Below, piece by piece: positions 8,981-18,099 of a stretch of 64,000 bases of DNA. Within the stretch, counting starts at the first letter, position 1, and each line of letters opens with the position of its first letter. Under the pieces are notes generated by a model. That model saw only the letters and a list, made by a program, of their open reading frames with translations, ran no database searches and was not told the origin of the DNA. The position numbers and the translations under genes are program-made. This stretch comes from a virus, in the IMG/VR virus record IMGVR_UViG_3300037222_000100, positions 64,001 through 128,000 of that record. One strand, given 5' to 3'.

Positions 8981-11862
8981 TATCCACCAAACGAATTCTG
9001 TTGTGTTATTTCATTCAGCGATCCGAAGATTGGCCCGGTGGGTTTGGCGTTTTTGGTTGTCTTGCGAGGCAACGCCTTGCGTGTCGGCGTGACGGGCTGT
9101 GATACTTCTCCGCGCTGTGGCTCTAGAAGAGCATCCACCATGTGCGGTGGCAGTTGACCCTCGACGGCGCTCTGTGCCGTTTCTTGGTACACAGACGGGG
9201 CTGTGAGCTTGGCCATTGTCATGAATCCATCCGTGAGGTCCCATGTGTGGGTGACCTCTTCGATGTACATCTGGATGCCGTGCTCCGGGAAAGCCACTTT
9301 GCCTCCGGGGTATAGCTCCGGCATAAAAGTGAACGTGAACGTTGACGCAAACTGCCGTGACCACGAGACGAGAAAGGACTGGTATGCCAAGAGCGACTCA
9401 TAGAGTGTCGAGTAGACCATCGGGAATTCCGTCTTGAGCGGACGAGCACCATAGCGCTTGATGAAGTCGATAGCTTCGCTTGTATGGACGACCTTCGACT
9501 GACCGGGTTGCTGGCTAGCGATTGCTTCCGCTTCTGGGTTGTGGAGTAGTCCGCCCTCGAAGGCTTCGAAGATGGTCATGACTCCGGCATTGACTTCGTT
9601 GATCAACTCCTGGCTTCCTGGCCATGTGCTGTTGCCGATAGCAAAGACGTGCGTTGCGAGCCCCTCGTCGGTAAGATCGATGCCGCCGTCAAGAATCTCG
9701 ATGTCGTAAATCTTCCAGTATGGATTGCGGTGACCCAACTCGCCAAAGTAGTCGGGGTAGAATCCAAAGAAGTCACCATTGGGTAGGGACTGGAAGCTAC
9801 GTAGCGTTGATTCACAGACCTGCTGCACGAATGGCAGTAGGGGCTGCGCATTCATCAATGCCTTCTCGCCCCCGAAGAGTTGTGCTTTGACACGTTCGTC
9901 CGTAGATGGATATGCGATCTGTGAAATGAAGGACGCTGCTGTGGCTGTGCTGTAGAGACTACCTTCGCCTCCGCCAGCGCCATGTGGCTTTTCGGCTCCT
10001 TCTTCCCCTTCGCCTTCGCTGCTACCAGGCAGTGGGGGTGGCTTCGGCCCCGAATAGGTTTCGGTCAGGTGTTCGAGATGCACGGCAGAGAATGATCCTT
10101 CGTCCTCTCCGCCATTGCCTGGACGAAATCCCGCTCCCCCACCTGGGTTGCTACCCGAGGTCGAGAAGTACCGTTCCTGCCCTCCGCTCTTGATCAGCAT
10201 CCAAGCGTGATCCGAGTTGTAGAAAACGGTAATGCTTGGGTCCCCGCCCTGAGCAGGACCAGCAGCGAATCCCTTTTTGCCAAGCAGCGATCCAAGAGAA
10301 CCTGATCCTCCGACTGGTGCTCCCGATGGATAGTACCCGCCTGCTGCAAGAGCGCCCGCCACAGACCCCGAGCAATCGAAGCCATTGACTCCCGCAGACC
10401 CCGCAGGGCCTCCAGCCTCACCGATGCTAGGTGAGCCAGCCGCAGCATGGCCTCCGCCCCACGAGTAGGGATAGTGCTTGTCGGTAACTTCCTGAGCCCA
10501 CTTTTCGATGGCTGCTACGCGAGTCGTTTCGCCGGAGCTTGCCTTTTCCTTTTCTTCACCATGACCACGTTGGCTTTCTTCGGGTTCTCCTTCTCCTTCG
10601 GCTTTCTTACCAGCGTACTGTGAGATCATGCTCTTGGCCCGAGCAACTTCAGTGCTCCAGCGGTCGTGATAGCTACCAGCTAGCGGATGTTGAACTGCTT
10701 CGGCCCACTTTTCCCAGTTGCCTTCCTGGCTCAGCGTGTTGTCGGATGCGAGAGCCGTCTTTGCTGCTTTGGCGAAGGCGTCAGAGGCGATGGATGTGTC
10801 CTTGGCTTCTGCCTGTGTGTATGCCTTCTGGCCGGGGTATGGAGCGTACGTCGGCTTTCCTTCGAACTGGAACTGAAACCATCCAATGGCTCCGCCGCTT
10901 TCTCTGTTGATGCTGCTCTGACTAAAGCCTGTCTCGCAGAGACAAGTGGCGATGACAAAGGCGGGAGGCACGCCATTCTTTTCTGCGTTGGCGACCATCG
11001 TGTTGGTAGCCTTGCCGATGTCAGCGATGTTACCCGTCTTTCCGACTTCACTGCCATTGCCTTCGCCGCCGCCTTTGCCATGTGAAGAGCCCCCAACAAT
11101 AGCTTCCCAAAAGGCTTCAAGCTGCTGTTGCTCGACTGTATGACCGTCCTTTTCGAAGTTGGTCCAAAGGGCGTTGATGAGCTTAGGCACCGTAGAAGGC
11201 ATGGCCTCCAGGTAAATCTGCTCATCGCGCCAATCGGCGATGAAGTAGAGAAGTCCCCAGAGCATCTTGGAGAAGGAACCGTCATTGCCGACCTTCGCTC
11301 CAGGTGACGAGGCGAAAGGAACGCCGTTTGGCGTTTTCGTGAATCCTTCGTCTCCCGCATTCTTGAGTTCCTGTTCGATTCGATTCTGGACCGCCGCACC
11401 CTCTGCTTCCGGCCCGATGATCTGGCCACCACCGCTTGGCGACTGAATGGTCCAGCCCAACTTCTTGAGGAAGGACATGGTATAGGGCTGTGAGAGTTGG
11501 AAGTAGGTATACTGAAGCTTCTTGAGCGTGCAAGACGCCTTGAGCGTCACTACGCCAGGGAACAACTGCGTGTAGGGCGTCTGGTCGAGATACCCTGTGA
11601 AGACCTGCACAGGGTACCCTGCGCGCCGCTCCAGGTAGATGGTGATCGGGTCCATCGGGTGGAATGCGACCGGCGCTGTGGTGAACCGCATTTCTGGGTT
11701 ACGCAAACGCAGTTCTGCCGAAGAGACGGCGTTGGTGACGCGATCGACCGAGCCCCCTACGACGTACTCTTTGAGATCGAGGATGTCGCCTTCGATGTTC
11801 TTCACATAGGCGTAGCACTTGGGCGAGTAGACGAAGCGGTTGGGGGCGTTAGCGGTGGGCAT
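8980..11862 (-). CDS. Baseplate hub / tail-associated lysin with inserted lytic-transglycosylase-like and NlpC/P60 domains
   Basis: Hub-like ends (VFTGYLD; FMPELYPGGKV...MYIEEVTHTWD). SLT-like ATCLCETGF...GAIGWFQ. NlpC/P60 YPYSWGGGH...GFDCSGSV...DHAWM. Confidence 0.85.
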   Translation of the reverse strand: MPTANAPNRFVYSPKCYAYVKNIEGDILDLKEYVVGGSVDRVTNAVSSAELRLRNPEMRFTTAPVAFHPMDPITIYLERRAGYPVQVFTGYLDQTPYTQLFPGVVTLKASCTLKKLQYTYFQLSQPYTMSFLKKLGWTIQSPSGGGQIIGPEAEGAAVQNRIEQELKNAGDEGFTKTPNGVPFASSPGAKVGNDGSFSKMLWGLLYFIADWRDEQIYLEAMPSTVPKLINALWTNFEKDGHTVEQQQLEAFWEAIVGGSSHGKGGGEGNGSEVGKTGNIADIGKATNTMVANAEKNGVPPAFVIATCLCETGFSQSSINRESGGAIGWFQFQFEGKPTYAPYPGQKAYTQAEAKDTSIASDAFAKAAKTALASDNTLSQEGNWEKWAEAVQHPLAGSYHDRWSTEVARAKSMISQYAGKKAEGEGEPEESQRGHGEEKEKASSGETTRVAAIEKWAQEVTDKHYPYSWGGGHAAAGSPSIGEAGGPAGSAGVNGFDCSGSVAGALAAGGYYPSGAPVGGSGSLGSLLGKKGFAAGPAQGGDPSITVFYNSDHAWMLIKSGGQERYFSTSGSNPGGGAGFRPGNGGEDEGSFSAVHLEHLTETYSGPKPPPLPGSSEGEGEEGAEKPHGAGGGEGSLYSTATAASFISQIAYPSTDERVKAQLFGGEKALMNAQPLLPFVQQVCESTLRSFQSLPNGDFFGFYPDYFGELGHRNPYWKIYDIEILDGGIDLTDEGLATHVFAIGNSTWPGSQELINEVNAGVMTIFEAFEGGLLHNPEAEAIASQQPGQSKVVHTSEAIDFIKRYGARPLKTEFPMVYSTLYESLLAYQSFLVSWSRQFASTFTFTFMPELYPGGKVAFPEHGIQMYIEEVTHTWDLTDGFMTMAKLTAPSVYQETAQSAVEGQLPPHMVDALLEPQRGEVSQPVTPTRKALPRKTTKNAKPTGPIFGSLNEITQQNSFGG

Positions 11863-12629
11863 TAGAAGCCCGCCTGATGGATTTGTTCGCCCGTAGGCAC
11901 AGGAGTGGCGGCGGGTTCCTGTGTCGTGGACGTGGGCTTGCTGTTCTTCGCGGTTTCAGATTTTTCGACTTGACTCGTGTACGGCTTCATGCCCTGGAGG
12001 ATTTCCCACCAGCTTTCTTGTGTCGGTTCGTAGCCACCGATTTGTCGATAGAGCCCTGTGAACTCAAACGCGACGACCACGTTGAAGGTGAAGGTGGGGG
12101 CATAGGTGCCCGCCTTATACGTGCGTCTGATCTCTTCCACAAACCCCTGTGCGCAGATGGGTTTGCGCACGCCTCGCATGATCGGTCGCCGAGTCTTGAT
12201 GCCGCCCTTGAGCACATCCAACTGCGTGAGGTTGCCTGCCCTAACGTTACCCACGGCTTCCTGTTGCAACTTGTGAACGAACTCGACCAACGTGCCATAG
12301 TCCTGTTGGTCTAGGCAGTGTCCTTCGACCACATATGACGGCATGATGATGTTGTGGGGATAGAAGTCGCGCGTACGACGACCTTGCCCGGTTGATCCTG
12401 AGATACCCAGATCGATTTTGATCTCGTTGACGAAGAAGAGGACCTTTTCACGGCTGTTACTGAGTGCTCCATTTGCGCGGGATAGCGCGGCGGTGCGACG
12501 AGCGTCGCCAAGTCGAGTGGCCCGTATGTCGTAGCCCGTGTCGGTGGCCGGAGACACGACACTGGCCCCTGCGGATGCATCAGGCGTGAAGAAAGGAAGG
12601 GCTTGGCTGTTGTAGGCTACGGGTGGCAT
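11862..12629 (-). CDS. Tail/baseplate structural protein (tube-initiator-like)
   Basis: Synteny between tape measure and hub; stop overlaps the hub start. ATG 12629 is preceded by TAAT-N5. Confidence 0.55.
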   Translation of the reverse strand: MPPVAYNSQALPFFTPDASAGASVVSPATDTGYDIRATRLGDARRTAALSRANGALSNSREKVLFFVNEIKIDLGISGSTGQGRRTRDFYPHNIIMPSYVVEGHCLDQQDYGTLVEFVHKLQQEAVGNVRAGNLTQLDVLKGGIKTRRPIMRGVRKPICAQGFVEEIRRTYKAGTYAPTFTFNVVVAFEFTGLYRQIGGYEPTQESWWEILQGMKPYTSQVEKSETAKNSKPTSTTQEPAATPVPTGEQIHQAGF

Positions 12630-12653
12630 CAATGATTACCTCGGCGATGTCCT

Positions 12654-13454
12654 CTAGTGAATCTTCGGCTGTGGTTCGCCCGTATTGGGTGTGCCCTGGA
12701 GGAGTTCGTCCGGGGATTCTTCGCCCTTGCCCCCGTGACCGAATTCTGGCTTTGCTCCTGCTACTCCGATGATGTCAGCGAAGTTGCCATTCATGTAGGC
12801 AGGCAACAGGCTGTTGTAGTAGTCTGCGATCTTACCCAGACCCGCAGTGATTTCCTTGGCTTCCTGTTCCTTGAATTCAGTTTTGCCTGTGGCCCTGACC
12901 GGCGCGATGAATGGGTTGAGTGCCGGATCACCGGAATCGGGTGAGATGACGCCAGTGAGCTTGAACTGGTCCGCGTTGGCAGCTTCGTGGACGGTTTCTT
13001 TGACCACCATGGCCTTGAGAGATTCAACGTCCAGTCCTTTGTCTACTACGTGCGCAGTCATGAACCACTTGGGTGCGACCATCTTCTTGGAGTAGGTGAA
13101 TCCAGGTGCGTGCAACGGCTGGATTTCGAAGGTCCAGTCACGGTGCGGGTAGGTCATGATCATCGGGGTCTGTTCAAAGCTCGCCCCAGGCCCACTCGAA
13201 GGTCCCTGTGTGGCGATGATGAAGTACTGCATGAAGAAGGAGTAAATCTCCTCTGCCTTCTCATACGTACCTACCGTACCTGTGATCGTGATGTCATCGA
13301 TGAAAGCGCTTAGGATTTGTACGACTTCACCACCGTACGTTGGATACTTGGCGACGTTGAGTCGGTATGCCCATGCGATTTCATCGACACCTGTCTCAAC
13401 GGTCAACGGTGCTCCGCCATTGACTCGTTCGTGCTGAAAGTGAACGGACGGCAT
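12654..13454 (-). CDS. Tail/baseplate structural protein
   Basis: 266-aa ORF directly after the tape measure. YPTYGGEVVQILS motif. Confidence 0.55.
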   Translation of the reverse strand: MPSVHFQHERVNGGAPLTVETGVDEIAWAYRLNVAKYPTYGGEVVQILSAFIDDITITGTVGTYEKAEEIYSFFMQYFIIATQGPSSGPGASFEQTPMIMTYPHRDWTFEIQPLHAPGFTYSKKMVAPKWFMTAHVVDKGLDVESLKAMVVKETVHEAANADQFKLTGVISPDSGDPALNPFIAPVRATGKTEFKEQEAKEITAGLGKIADYYNSLLPAYMNGNFADIIGVAGAKPEFGHGGKGEESPDELLQGTPNTGEPQPKIH

Positions 13455-13457
13455 GGC

Positions 13458-15653
13458 TTATTCCTTTACGGGCGTTGCACTTGAGCCTTGAGCTTCAGCG
13501 GCTCTTTCTGCTCCCTGGATCATCGACTGCATGTGTGGTGAAAGGCGCTGGAAGTTCTTGTTGGATTCGGCGTTGCTTGGGGTACCACCCGCCTTTGCTT
13601 CCTTGCTCGCGGCAGCTTTAGGGTCCTGAATCTTGAAGAATCGTGCCGCCTCCGGCGTAAGTCCAATCACACCCTTGAGGCCCTGTTCATCTTCGGGTTT
13701 GGCTTCAGTTTGTTTTTCGATCTGTTTTTCATAGGCGGCAACCTGGGCTTGCATCGGTAGTTTGGAAATCTGATCAATGGCGGGCTTTGGAATCTGAATC
13801 TTTTCGGCTTCTCCCCGCAACTGTGCAATCGCGGGACGGAGCCTCTTTTCGCCTTCTTCCTGCTCCTTGCTCTTCTTGTGATCGCCGCCTCCACCGAAGA
13901 TGCCGTGGAAGATATCTCCTCCGGCTTCTGCGATTTTACCCGTGGGTAGACTAATGCCGCCAATGTCCAAATTCGGTATTTTCTTACCGACATTGGTTGC
14001 CGCATCCACGATAGAAGGACCCGCTGGCTTTTGCCCCTTATGCCAAGCATCCATCTGCTTGTTGATCGCACTGAGTCCTTCTTTCATGTGCGAGCGTTCA
14101 GCGTGATGTTCTTTGATATTGAACATATGCTCAATCTGCTGTCCGCTGATCCCCTGCAATTCACCTACTTCCTTCATCCATGCCAATTCGTTTTCTTTGG
14201 CACCTAGGAGCAATTCGCCCTTGGGTCCATACTTGTTTTCCTTCGCTTCTTGTGGCACCATGGACTGGAGATTCTGAATTGTCGTGAAGGCCAAGTCTTC
14301 CTGCGCTGGTCCCTTGAGGGCCGGTACCTGTCCTGGTCGTACGCCCATCTGTGCCGCCGCAGCGAGAGCAAACGGGCTCTGGTTGAGTTGTGCAACGGTC
14401 GTCGGCGGCAGACCAGTACCCTGTGTCACTTCCTTACCGGCCCTAGCTGCTTCGATGCCGAGCATGCCGTGTTCTTCGGCGTTCTTCGTGTACTCTTGAA
14501 TGGACTGGGCCATCTCGTCTAGTGGGAGTTTCGCCGTACGAGCTACGTCGCCCAAGTGACTGGTTACGTCAGTCAGTTCCTTGAGGCTACCGGAGCCGTA
14601 GCGTGTGAGGTTCGCAAAGTTCTTCGCAACGCCCGGAGATAGACCTTCCTTGACACTGGGCGCGAGGGCTAATGCCAAATTCTCTTGTTGACCTCCAGTG
14701 GTTAGTCCCATGAAGCCACTCTGTTGGTTAGAAAACCCTTCGTCCGCTAATCCGCTCATCAACTGTTGTGACTGCCCCTCGGAAATTCCAGTACCCAATC
14801 GCGCCATGGAGAAGGCATCGACTCGTTGACCCAACGTCTGCTTTCCCGCTTCGCTCGTCATAGCGGCGAGAGGATTAGAAAATCCGGCTATGTAGGCTGG
14901 ACCTGCGCCCGTCTGTGGAGAGAATCCTAGGGCCGTACCGGGTTCGAGTGCTGCCCGAGTATGAGCGCCTAGAAAATCCGCATTGCGTTTGACAAACGCT
15001 GTGCCAGCAGCCGCATAGGTGGCATATCGTGATGCTTCAGTCAATCGTCCTGAGACGTTGCCCGCTGAGAACGGACCGGGTTCTTCTGGCGGCAATGGTG
15101 GTTCTCCGGCTTCACTTCTTGCCGTTTCTGCTTGGCTGCGCTTTTTTGCTTTGGTAAGAGCTTTTTTACCTGCGAATTGAGAACCCAATTTCAAGAAGGC
15201 ATCCATACGCCAATCGCCGAAAGTCGGAATTCTTATGGGTTCGTCCTCCATTTCTTGCGCCTGTTGATTGGTCATGCCATGAATCGGGCTTTGTGCCGTT
15301 GGGTCTACGCCAGGAGGAAGACTTGGGGTTGAGCGACGGCCTTGACTGCCGGGAAGTTCTTCGTCCCAAAGCTGCTTTGGTTGTTGTGGGGGCGTGGACT
15401 CGTTCGTGCCTGATTGCGGTTGTTGTGCCGGGGACCAAGCTTGAGATATGAAACGCGTCATAAGAGAGCTTTGGGAACGCTTACCCAATCCGGCAATGCC
15501 GTCTTCGGTAGATATTTTCTCGCGCATAAGGCTCTGCTCCATCGTCGGGGCTTGCATCGCCCCAACATGTTCATCAAGGCGTTCAATCGCGCCCTGGAGA
15601 CTCGCCATGGCTTTGCGCTGAGTGTCTACAGGATCAATAGGGCTAGTGGGCAT
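13458..15653 (-). CDS. Tape measure protein
   Basis: 731 aa, A/G/Q/K-rich and helical-looking, located downstream of the tube and frameshifted chaperone and upstream of the baseplate genes. Confidence 0.75.
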   Translation of the reverse strand: MPTSPIDPVDTQRKAMASLQGAIERLDEHVGAMQAPTMEQSLMREKISTEDGIAGLGKRSQSSLMTRFISQAWSPAQQPQSGTNESTPPQQPKQLWDEELPGSQGRRSTPSLPPGVDPTAQSPIHGMTNQQAQEMEDEPIRIPTFGDWRMDAFLKLGSQFAGKKALTKAKKRSQAETARSEAGEPPLPPEEPGPFSAGNVSGRLTEASRYATYAAAGTAFVKRNADFLGAHTRAALEPGTALGFSPQTGAGPAYIAGFSNPLAAMTSEAGKQTLGQRVDAFSMARLGTGISEGQSQQLMSGLADEGFSNQQSGFMGLTTGGQQENLALALAPSVKEGLSPGVAKNFANLTRYGSGSLKELTDVTSHLGDVARTAKLPLDEMAQSIQEYTKNAEEHGMLGIEAARAGKEVTQGTGLPPTTVAQLNQSPFALAAAAQMGVRPGQVPALKGPAQEDLAFTTIQNLQSMVPQEAKENKYGPKGELLLGAKENELAWMKEVGELQGISGQQIEHMFNIKEHHAERSHMKEGLSAINKQMDAWHKGQKPAGPSIVDAATNVGKKIPNLDIGGISLPTGKIAEAGGDIFHGIFGGGGDHKKSKEQEEGEKRLRPAIAQLRGEAEKIQIPKPAIDQISKLPMQAQVAAYEKQIEKQTEAKPEDEQGLKGVIGLTPEAARFFKIQDPKAAASKEAKAGGTPSNAESNKNFQRLSPHMQSMIQGAERAAEAQGSSATPVKE

Positions 15654-15692
15654 CAGATATTACGGTGCGTTTGGCTCTGCTAAGATGATGCT

Positions 15693-16253
15693 ATGGGTTC
15701 TGTTGAGAGTAGGGCGTATCATCGCGCCTGGTATCAACGCAACAAAGAGAAACGCATTCGACAGGTCGCCGAATGGAAGGTCGCCCATCCGGAGGATGCA
15801 AAGCGACATGCAACAACGCCCAAAGCTAAAGAACGCCATCGCCTATCGCAGCAAAAGCGTTTGTCCGATCCACAAAGGCGAGCCGAACGCAACGAGTATA
15901 TGCGCATTCGACAGAGCGCATATGAACCCCAATGGCGAGCGGCAAATCCGGAGAAGGCGAAAGCTAGGGCGCGACGTGCTGAACTCCGCCGTAAGGCGCG
16001 TTCAGCAAATGCTCCCGGCACGGTTACAGAGGAGCAGCTTCAAGCCCGCATCGATTTCTATGGACGACGCTGCTATCTACCATGGTGCGGTCATTGCGAC
16101 TGGGATGCCCTTGATCCGTTTGACCAGACCATCGACCATGTTATTCCGTTGAGTCAAGGTGGGACGGGGTGGCCTGCAAATCTGCGTCCAGCCTGTCGCC
16201 CCTGTAACGCCAAAAAGTATGCAAAGGCCCTTGACATGGCTCTTGCGGCTTGA
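15693..16253 (+). CDS. HNH homing endonuclease (HNH_5/McrA-like)
   Basis: RCYLPWCGHC...TIDHVIPLSQGGTGWPANLRPACRPCNAKK, with a basic helical N-terminus. Confidence 0.92.
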   Translation: MGSVESRAYHRAWYQRNKEKRIRQVAEWKVAHPEDAKRHATTPKAKERHRLSQQKRLSDPQRRAERNEYMRIRQSAYEPQWRAANPEKAKARARRAELRRKARSANAPGTVTEEQLQARIDFYGRRCYLPWCGHCDWDALDPFDQTIDHVIPLSQGGTGWPANLRPACRPCNAKKYAKALDMALAA

Positions 16254-16259
16254 TATACT
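16231..16259 (+). promoter_or_regulatory. Sigma-A-type promoter, leaderless
   Basis: TTGACA-N17-TATACT, then 6 nt to ATG 16266. Confidence 0.85.
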
Positions 16260-16265
16260 AAAGGT

Positions 16266-16586
16266 ATGATCAACTTCTTCCTCACCTTTCTCTTCCTCGT
16301 CTTCCTTTTCGCCGTCGCCGCATACATCATGGGTGCGTTCTACTTCTGTCTCAAGGACGCAGAAACCTGGGGTGATGTAGTAGGGGGTCTAATAGGCGGA
16401 TTCTTTTTCTGCGCCATCTGGCTGCCTATGCTACTTGTCCTACTCCTGTGTTGGATTGGAGACAAGCCCATCGGCACGAAGCCTCTACGGACAAGTCCCG
16501 TGGTCCCGAGTCCTCGCGATTATCAAATGGCGCAGTGGGAGGACAAGCAGAGGCGCAATGACGAAAGGCGAGTTCGGAGCGCTTAG
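16266..16586 (+). CDS. Small membrane protein (2 TM segments)
   Basis: Two long hydrophobic stretches and its own consensus promoter. Confidence 0.8.
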   Translation: MINFFLTFLFLVFLFAVAAYIMGAFYFCLKDAETWGDVVGGLIGGFFFCAIWLPMLLVLLLCWIGDKPIGTKPLRTSPVVPSPRDYQMAQWEDKQRRNDERRVRSA

Positions 16587-16933
16587 TCCTCAGGCGGGAC
16601 ATAGCCCTCGCCCTCCCACTCGCGGATCATCTCCTCGAAGTCCTCCTCGGTCGTCGGTTCCCTGATCTGGATGCCCTGACTTCCTTCGGCTACGTCGCTG
16701 GCATAGACGGCCTTCCATAGCTCCGGGTTGTGGGCGAACAACATATGCTCGAAGTTGCGATCCGCTTCCGCGCTCGCGATCTTGTCTTCGTTGAGCCGGT
16801 GGTATGTGAGGAGTTCGGTCTGGAAGTCGTTTAGGGCTGGATATCCGTGAACGTCGGCACGTCCGAAATGCCCGGTGATGTCAAGGAAGCGGGCGAAGGC
16901 TGCGATGGGACCCGATTCCTCTCGGATAAATCC
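16583..16933 (-). CDS. Tail assembly chaperone, -1 frameshift extension (gpGT-like)
   Basis: The -1 frame GFIREESGPIAAFARFLDITG...WEGEGYVPPED* is open through GGATTTA (16933-16927) to the stop at 16583 and has no suitable start of its own. Confidence 0.75.
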   Translation of the reverse strand, partial: GFIREESGPIAAFARFLDITGHFGRADVHGYPALNDFQTELLTYHRLNEDKIASAEADRNFEHMLFAHNPELWKAVYASDVAEGSQGIQIREPTTEEDFEEMIREWEGEGYVPPED

Positions 16934-17379
16934 TGTAGCTCTTTGGTCGCCTTGAGCGCTTCTTGCTCTAGGGCAAGATACTGGTCATAGAGAAACGCAA
17001 GCGTTGGGCTGTGCCAACCATCTTGTGCGTTTGTCACATACCGTAGACGCCCCTTGGCAAACTCGTTGATGTTCGGCCCCATGGGAGGACAGAACTCTGG
17101 ATCGTCATCGACCGCAACGAGTGCCATGCCGACTTGGGCATGAGCCCACACTTCTGGCTCTGAGATAGTGTCCCGCCAAGGCTGTACCGCAAGGGCGATA
17201 GCTGCCTTCTCACTGGGACGCAAGGTCTTGAGCGTGAACGAGTGACCGCAGAAGATCACGTCCTTCTGAATATGTCCGATGAACGCCAGTCCGCGTACCG
17301 GAAGGCGAATCTGCTCCGAGAAAAGCGAGAGTGGGTCGATGCGCTCTTCCTCTGGGGGTGCTGCTACCTCGTCTGACAT
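16831..17379 (-). CDS. Tail assembly chaperone (gpG-like)
   Basis: Directly after the tail tube gene, with an AGGAGG RBS. GHSFTLKTLRPSE motif. Confidence 0.8.
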   Translation of the reverse strand: MSDEVAAPPEEERIDPLSLFSEQIRLPVRGLAFIGHIQKDVIFCGHSFTLKTLRPSEKAAIALAVQPWRDTISEPEVWAHAQVGMALVAVDDDPEFCPPMGPNINEFAKGRLRYVTNAQDGWHSPTLAFLYDQYLALEQEALKATKELQDLSERNRVPSQPSPASLTSPGISDVPTFTDIQP

Positions 17380-17414
17380 GTTTACCTCCTGGTGCCCTGT
17401 TCAAGGGCCTTGAC

Positions 17415-18086
17415 TTACAGTGGGTTGTCGCGGACCTTGAACGCAAGCGATTCGTTACCGTTACGGGTTACGTAGCGGAAGTTGACTGTGATCTGCTTGA
17501 GGACAGCCATCGTTCCGACCGCGATCTGCTCGCCATCGGCGACATTGGTAATGACGCAGCCGTGGTACTCCTCTGTGTACGGCTGAATGGGGGACCCGGC
17601 CGGTCCCGATGCTCCAAGGGGACGGATGATCTTGACGATCTGAAGGGCTGACGGGTCCGCCTGTGCCTGACGGATGAAGATATCTACGATGTCAACGGCA
17701 CCCATGAAGATGCCGCCGTTGTTCGCGCCCGTTAGGTTGAAGTTGGTTGTAGCGTTAGCAGGTGATTCTGAACTGAACGGACCGTTCTTGGCTCCGAGGC
17801 TGAGTCCGAGGCGATCCCAGACCTTGGATGCTGTTCCACCTGAACCGAACAACTCGAAGAGGTTGAGGACAAGCTGTCCCGATTTCGCTGCGGCCGGTGT
17901 GATGATCTCAATCGGGTATGGCTCGTCCATCGGCTGGATTTCTTCCATGCCTCCGCCGACTGGAGTAGGGGACGTGAGACTAACCTGCTGACAGAACGTG
18001 ACGGGCTGACCACCGAACGTGAAGATCGTAAAGCCAGAGCCACCTACGCGAGCCCTGCTTGTGAATGTGGGGTCTTTGAATGCCAT
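17415..18086 (-). CDS. Tail tube protein
   Basis: Follows the sheath gene. EEIQPMDEPYPIEIITP...YHGCVITNV...KQITVNFRY. Confidence 0.8.
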   Translation of the reverse strand: MAFKDPTFTSRARVGGSGFTIFTFGGQPVTFCQQVSLTSPTPVGGGMEEIQPMDEPYPIEIITPAAAKSGQLVLNLFELFGSGGTASKVWDRLGLSLGAKNGPFSSESPANATTNFNLTGANNGGIFMGAVDIVDIFIRQAQADPSALQIVKIIRPLGASGPAGSPIQPYTEEYHGCVITNVADGEQIAVGTMAVLKQITVNFRYVTRNGNESLAFKVRDNPL

Positions 18087-18099
18087 CGTCTATTATCCC

